Shown here in pieces: positions 61,245 through 64,000 of a DNA stretch of 64,000 nucleotides. A model generated the notes under the pieces. That model did not search any database. It saw only the letters and a program-made list of their open reading frames with translations, and was not told the DNA's origin. Each line of letters opens with the position of its first letter. The stretch's first letter is position 1. Origin of the DNA: Phaeosaccion multiseriatum (lineage: Eukaryota; Protista; Ochrophyta, other classes); assembly GCA_965112735.1 (NCBI GenBank), contig OZ218964.1, positions 248,001-312,000 of the forward strand, written 5' to 3'. A program made the translations under genes and the position numbers.

Positions 61245-63071
61245 TCAGTCACTGTCGCTGCTATCATCGCTACTGTCAGAGTCGTACGTTGCTACTGCTG
61301 CTGCTGCTGGTGCTGTGGCCTGGGCCTTTGCCTTAGCCTTAGGCTTGGCCTTCGTTTTGCCCTTTCCCTTGGACGAGCCCCCTCCCCCCTCCTCGCCATC
61401 ACTGTCGTCACTGTCGTCGTCGCTGCTGGGGTCGGCAGGAGGAGGTACATAGGTTTCCATCTCCTCCTTATATCTGATCTTGTCCTTGGCAACCATCTCG
61501 TCGTAGATGGCCCTCTTCTCTGGGGTGATTTCTCGCCATGCCACACCGAGGGCCTGAGGGGAGGGCAAGGTGGGGTAAGCAAGACGCAAACAAGACAGGG
61601 GCAGGCAGCAATTGGTGATACAGCAGCAACATGAAACGGCCAGCAACATGACCACGAACAATCTGTCTTTGTCTCTGTCTCTGTCTTATCTCCCTCTCTC
61701 TCTTTCTCTCCTTCCTCCCTTCTCCCTTCTCCCTCCCGCACTCCCACCCTCCTCCAACAACATCTCAGTTGAAAGACCTCTTTCCCCCTCCCAACACTCA
61801 CACATCTTTAAAACGAAACACCCTCTCTTGCCCTCTGCCCTCCTCATCCACCGCCCACGCACCTTGCCAACCTCCCCGAACTTGAGATCAGGTTGTTCCT
61901 TGACGATGTTGGGCCTCTGTTCCTTACTGAAGAACATGAAGGCTGACGAGGGGTTCTTCGGCGCGTTAGGATCCTTCTTCTTCTTCTTCTTCTTGCCCTT
62001 GCCCTTCTTGGCAGCCGGTGCCGCCTTCTTTTTGGCCTTTACTTTCCCCTCCGTATCTTTGTCCTTGCTGCTGTCGCCGCTGCTGCTACTCGCCTTCTTG
62101 GGCGAAGACTGTGAGGCACTGGCCTTTGCCTTCTTTGGTGAGGGCGGGGAATCGTCTCCTCCTCCTCCTCCTCCTCCTCCTCCTCCTCCTTCCTCGTCGC
62201 TGCTCTCGTCGCTGCCACTGTCTGCGTCCTCCCGCTTACGCTTCTCAGGCTTGGCCTTGGACTTGCTCTGGAGAGGGAGAGAGAGAGAAGCAGCAACAAA
62301 CACGAGCACTTGGAGGGTGAACACATGACGCCACTTTGTAGCTCTAAATAGAGGGATGCCGCGGGTGAAGAGTGGATGGACGCAAGGGCAGCGAACATCC
62401 TGGCAGCTTTCCATCTCAAGCAAAGTGAAACTCCACCTTCCTTCCTTCCTTCCTTCCTTCCTTCCTTCCTTCTTCCCTTCCTCTCTCCCTCCCTCATTCT
62501 CCCCCGCACCTTCTCGGCCTTCTTCTGCTTGGCCTTGGCCTTCGCCTTGCCTCCATCGCTATCACTACTCCCTCCGCCTGAGCCGTCCGAGTCCGACCCC
62601 GACCCCCCCCCGTCGTCATCATCCCCGTCGCTGGGCGGTGCGTAATCGTCGTCCTCCTCGCTCTCGTCGTCTTCTCCGTCGCTGCCCCCCCCCATCTGCA
62701 TGTAGGAGTCATTCTGACCATTCATTTCGCCAATGGCTTGTGCAAGAGCACTGCACTCGGATAAACATGCAAAAGAGACGAGAGAGGGGGGAGGGTGCGT
62801 CGGGCAAGGCCGGAACAGAGAGTGTCAGCAAGTGTCAGCAAGTGTCAGCAAGTGTCAGCAAGTGTCAGGTGTCAGGATCAACATCATGAGGCACAGCAGC
62901 TCTCTCCAGATCACGCGCTTAACGAAGTCAAGTATGCGTGTCACGTTTGTACTGAGTGATATGATATGGCCACGGATGTGAAACACGCCAAGCAGAGGAG
63001 GACCTCATGATGATGGATAGAGAACAGAACAGACCAGCATGAAGCAGACGGACACAGAGACACACATATAC

Positions 63072-63156
<85 letters not shown>

Positions 63157-64000
63157 TGAAACAAGCCTCCGCCCCCCAGCACGAGCACTCACCCCTTGGG
63201 GGCGTTGGAGTCGTCCTTGATGTTGCGGATGCGCAGCTGCTTTCCGTTGAGGAAGCTGTAGAGGCTGCCGTACTCCGTCTTGTTGATGCCCGAGAACACG
63301 AAGCTCTTTCCGTCGCCCCCCCCGTGGCTTTTGAGGTCGACTTTGAGATCGAAGCCGCGTGTGTTGCCGGTGCCTTGCGCGCCACCGTAGCGCTGTGAGG
63401 GGGTGCGAGGGAGGGGAGGGAGGCTTTAAGACATACGGCTCCCTTCGTGTTGTCCTTGCCTTTCCCCATGCTCTTGCCCTTGCCCCCCCCCCTCCTCATC
63501 CCTCACCCCTCACTCCGTACCTGGAACTCGATGCTCTCAACATCGGCGAACTTGATGACCTGTGTGGGCTTGTGGATGAAGATGAAGCTGCGCCTCAACG
63601 GGTAGAGGAAGCCCTCGTTGGCACTGAGGCTGCAGGTCACACACTTGCTACCTGGTGTCAGCGTAGCGAGGAAGGCAGCACTGAGTGAGAGAGAGTACAA
63701 GAGAGTAGAGAGAACTGAACACAGCCGTCAGCGAGAGGGGGTGGGGTGTGGGGATGGGAGGCGGATAACTGAGGCTCCGTCCACTACGAGCCCACCACGC
63801 TTACATACCGTCGACATTCTTGAAGCCCTCCGCCTTGGGCTCATAGACGGGCTTATTGCTCATCTCCTTGAAGATCTTGGCGATGATGTTGCACAGAGGA
63901 CCCTCCATCTCGGGGTTCAGACCGGCATACTAATCGAGGACAGCGGAGCGGGCCGAGAGAACAACAATAGACAATGTAAGACTAAGACCAAGAATGAACA
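61245..64000 (-). CDS. SSRP1: FACT complex subunit SSRP1/POB3, 3' part
   Basis: CSLSANEGFLYPLRRSFIFIHKP..IKFADVESIEF, RGFDL, FSGINKTEYGSLYSFL, acidic region, HMG box KKDPNAPKNPSSAFMFFS..EVGK|ALGVAW..DKIRYKEEM. Confidence 0.95.

Overview
Intron-rich, GC-rich eukaryotic DNA. Two genes carry bipartite signal peptide + 'A^F' transit leaders, which points to a photosynthetic stramenopile (ochrophyte) alga. No prokaryotic features (CRISPR, operons, rRNA/tRNA) were found. 1-14037 (-): 5' part of a large multimodular type I PKS, KS(Cys>Ser)-ACP / KS-AT-DH-ER-KR-ACP / KS-DH-ER-KR..., running off the window. Only one compact malonyl-type AT is visible for three modules, there is a 1069-bp apparently identical ER-KR duplication, and the assembly shows two reading-frame lesions. 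Next come a PARP-type zinc-finger ORF, a plastid-targeted dihydroxyacid dehydratase transcribed divergently from the PKS, UBC9, SAC1, a secreted Gly/Arg/Tyr-repeat protein with a second open frame, a possible solo LTR and a fibrillin-like plastid protein. 33861-38903 is a nested mobile-element locus: a 5'-truncated RT + restriction-like-endonuclease non-LTR element, plus a tyrosine-recombinase retroelement fragment with split direct repeats, a 204-bp fold-back and a 68-bp flanking duplication. The rest holds an IQ/p25alpha/WW/B-box protein, a cNMP-domain + split-RGS protein, a 600-bp (GAG)n tract, an unknown coiled-coil protein and the 3' part of SSRP1. Exon boundaries were read by eye; all family assignments come from motif recognition, not database searches.
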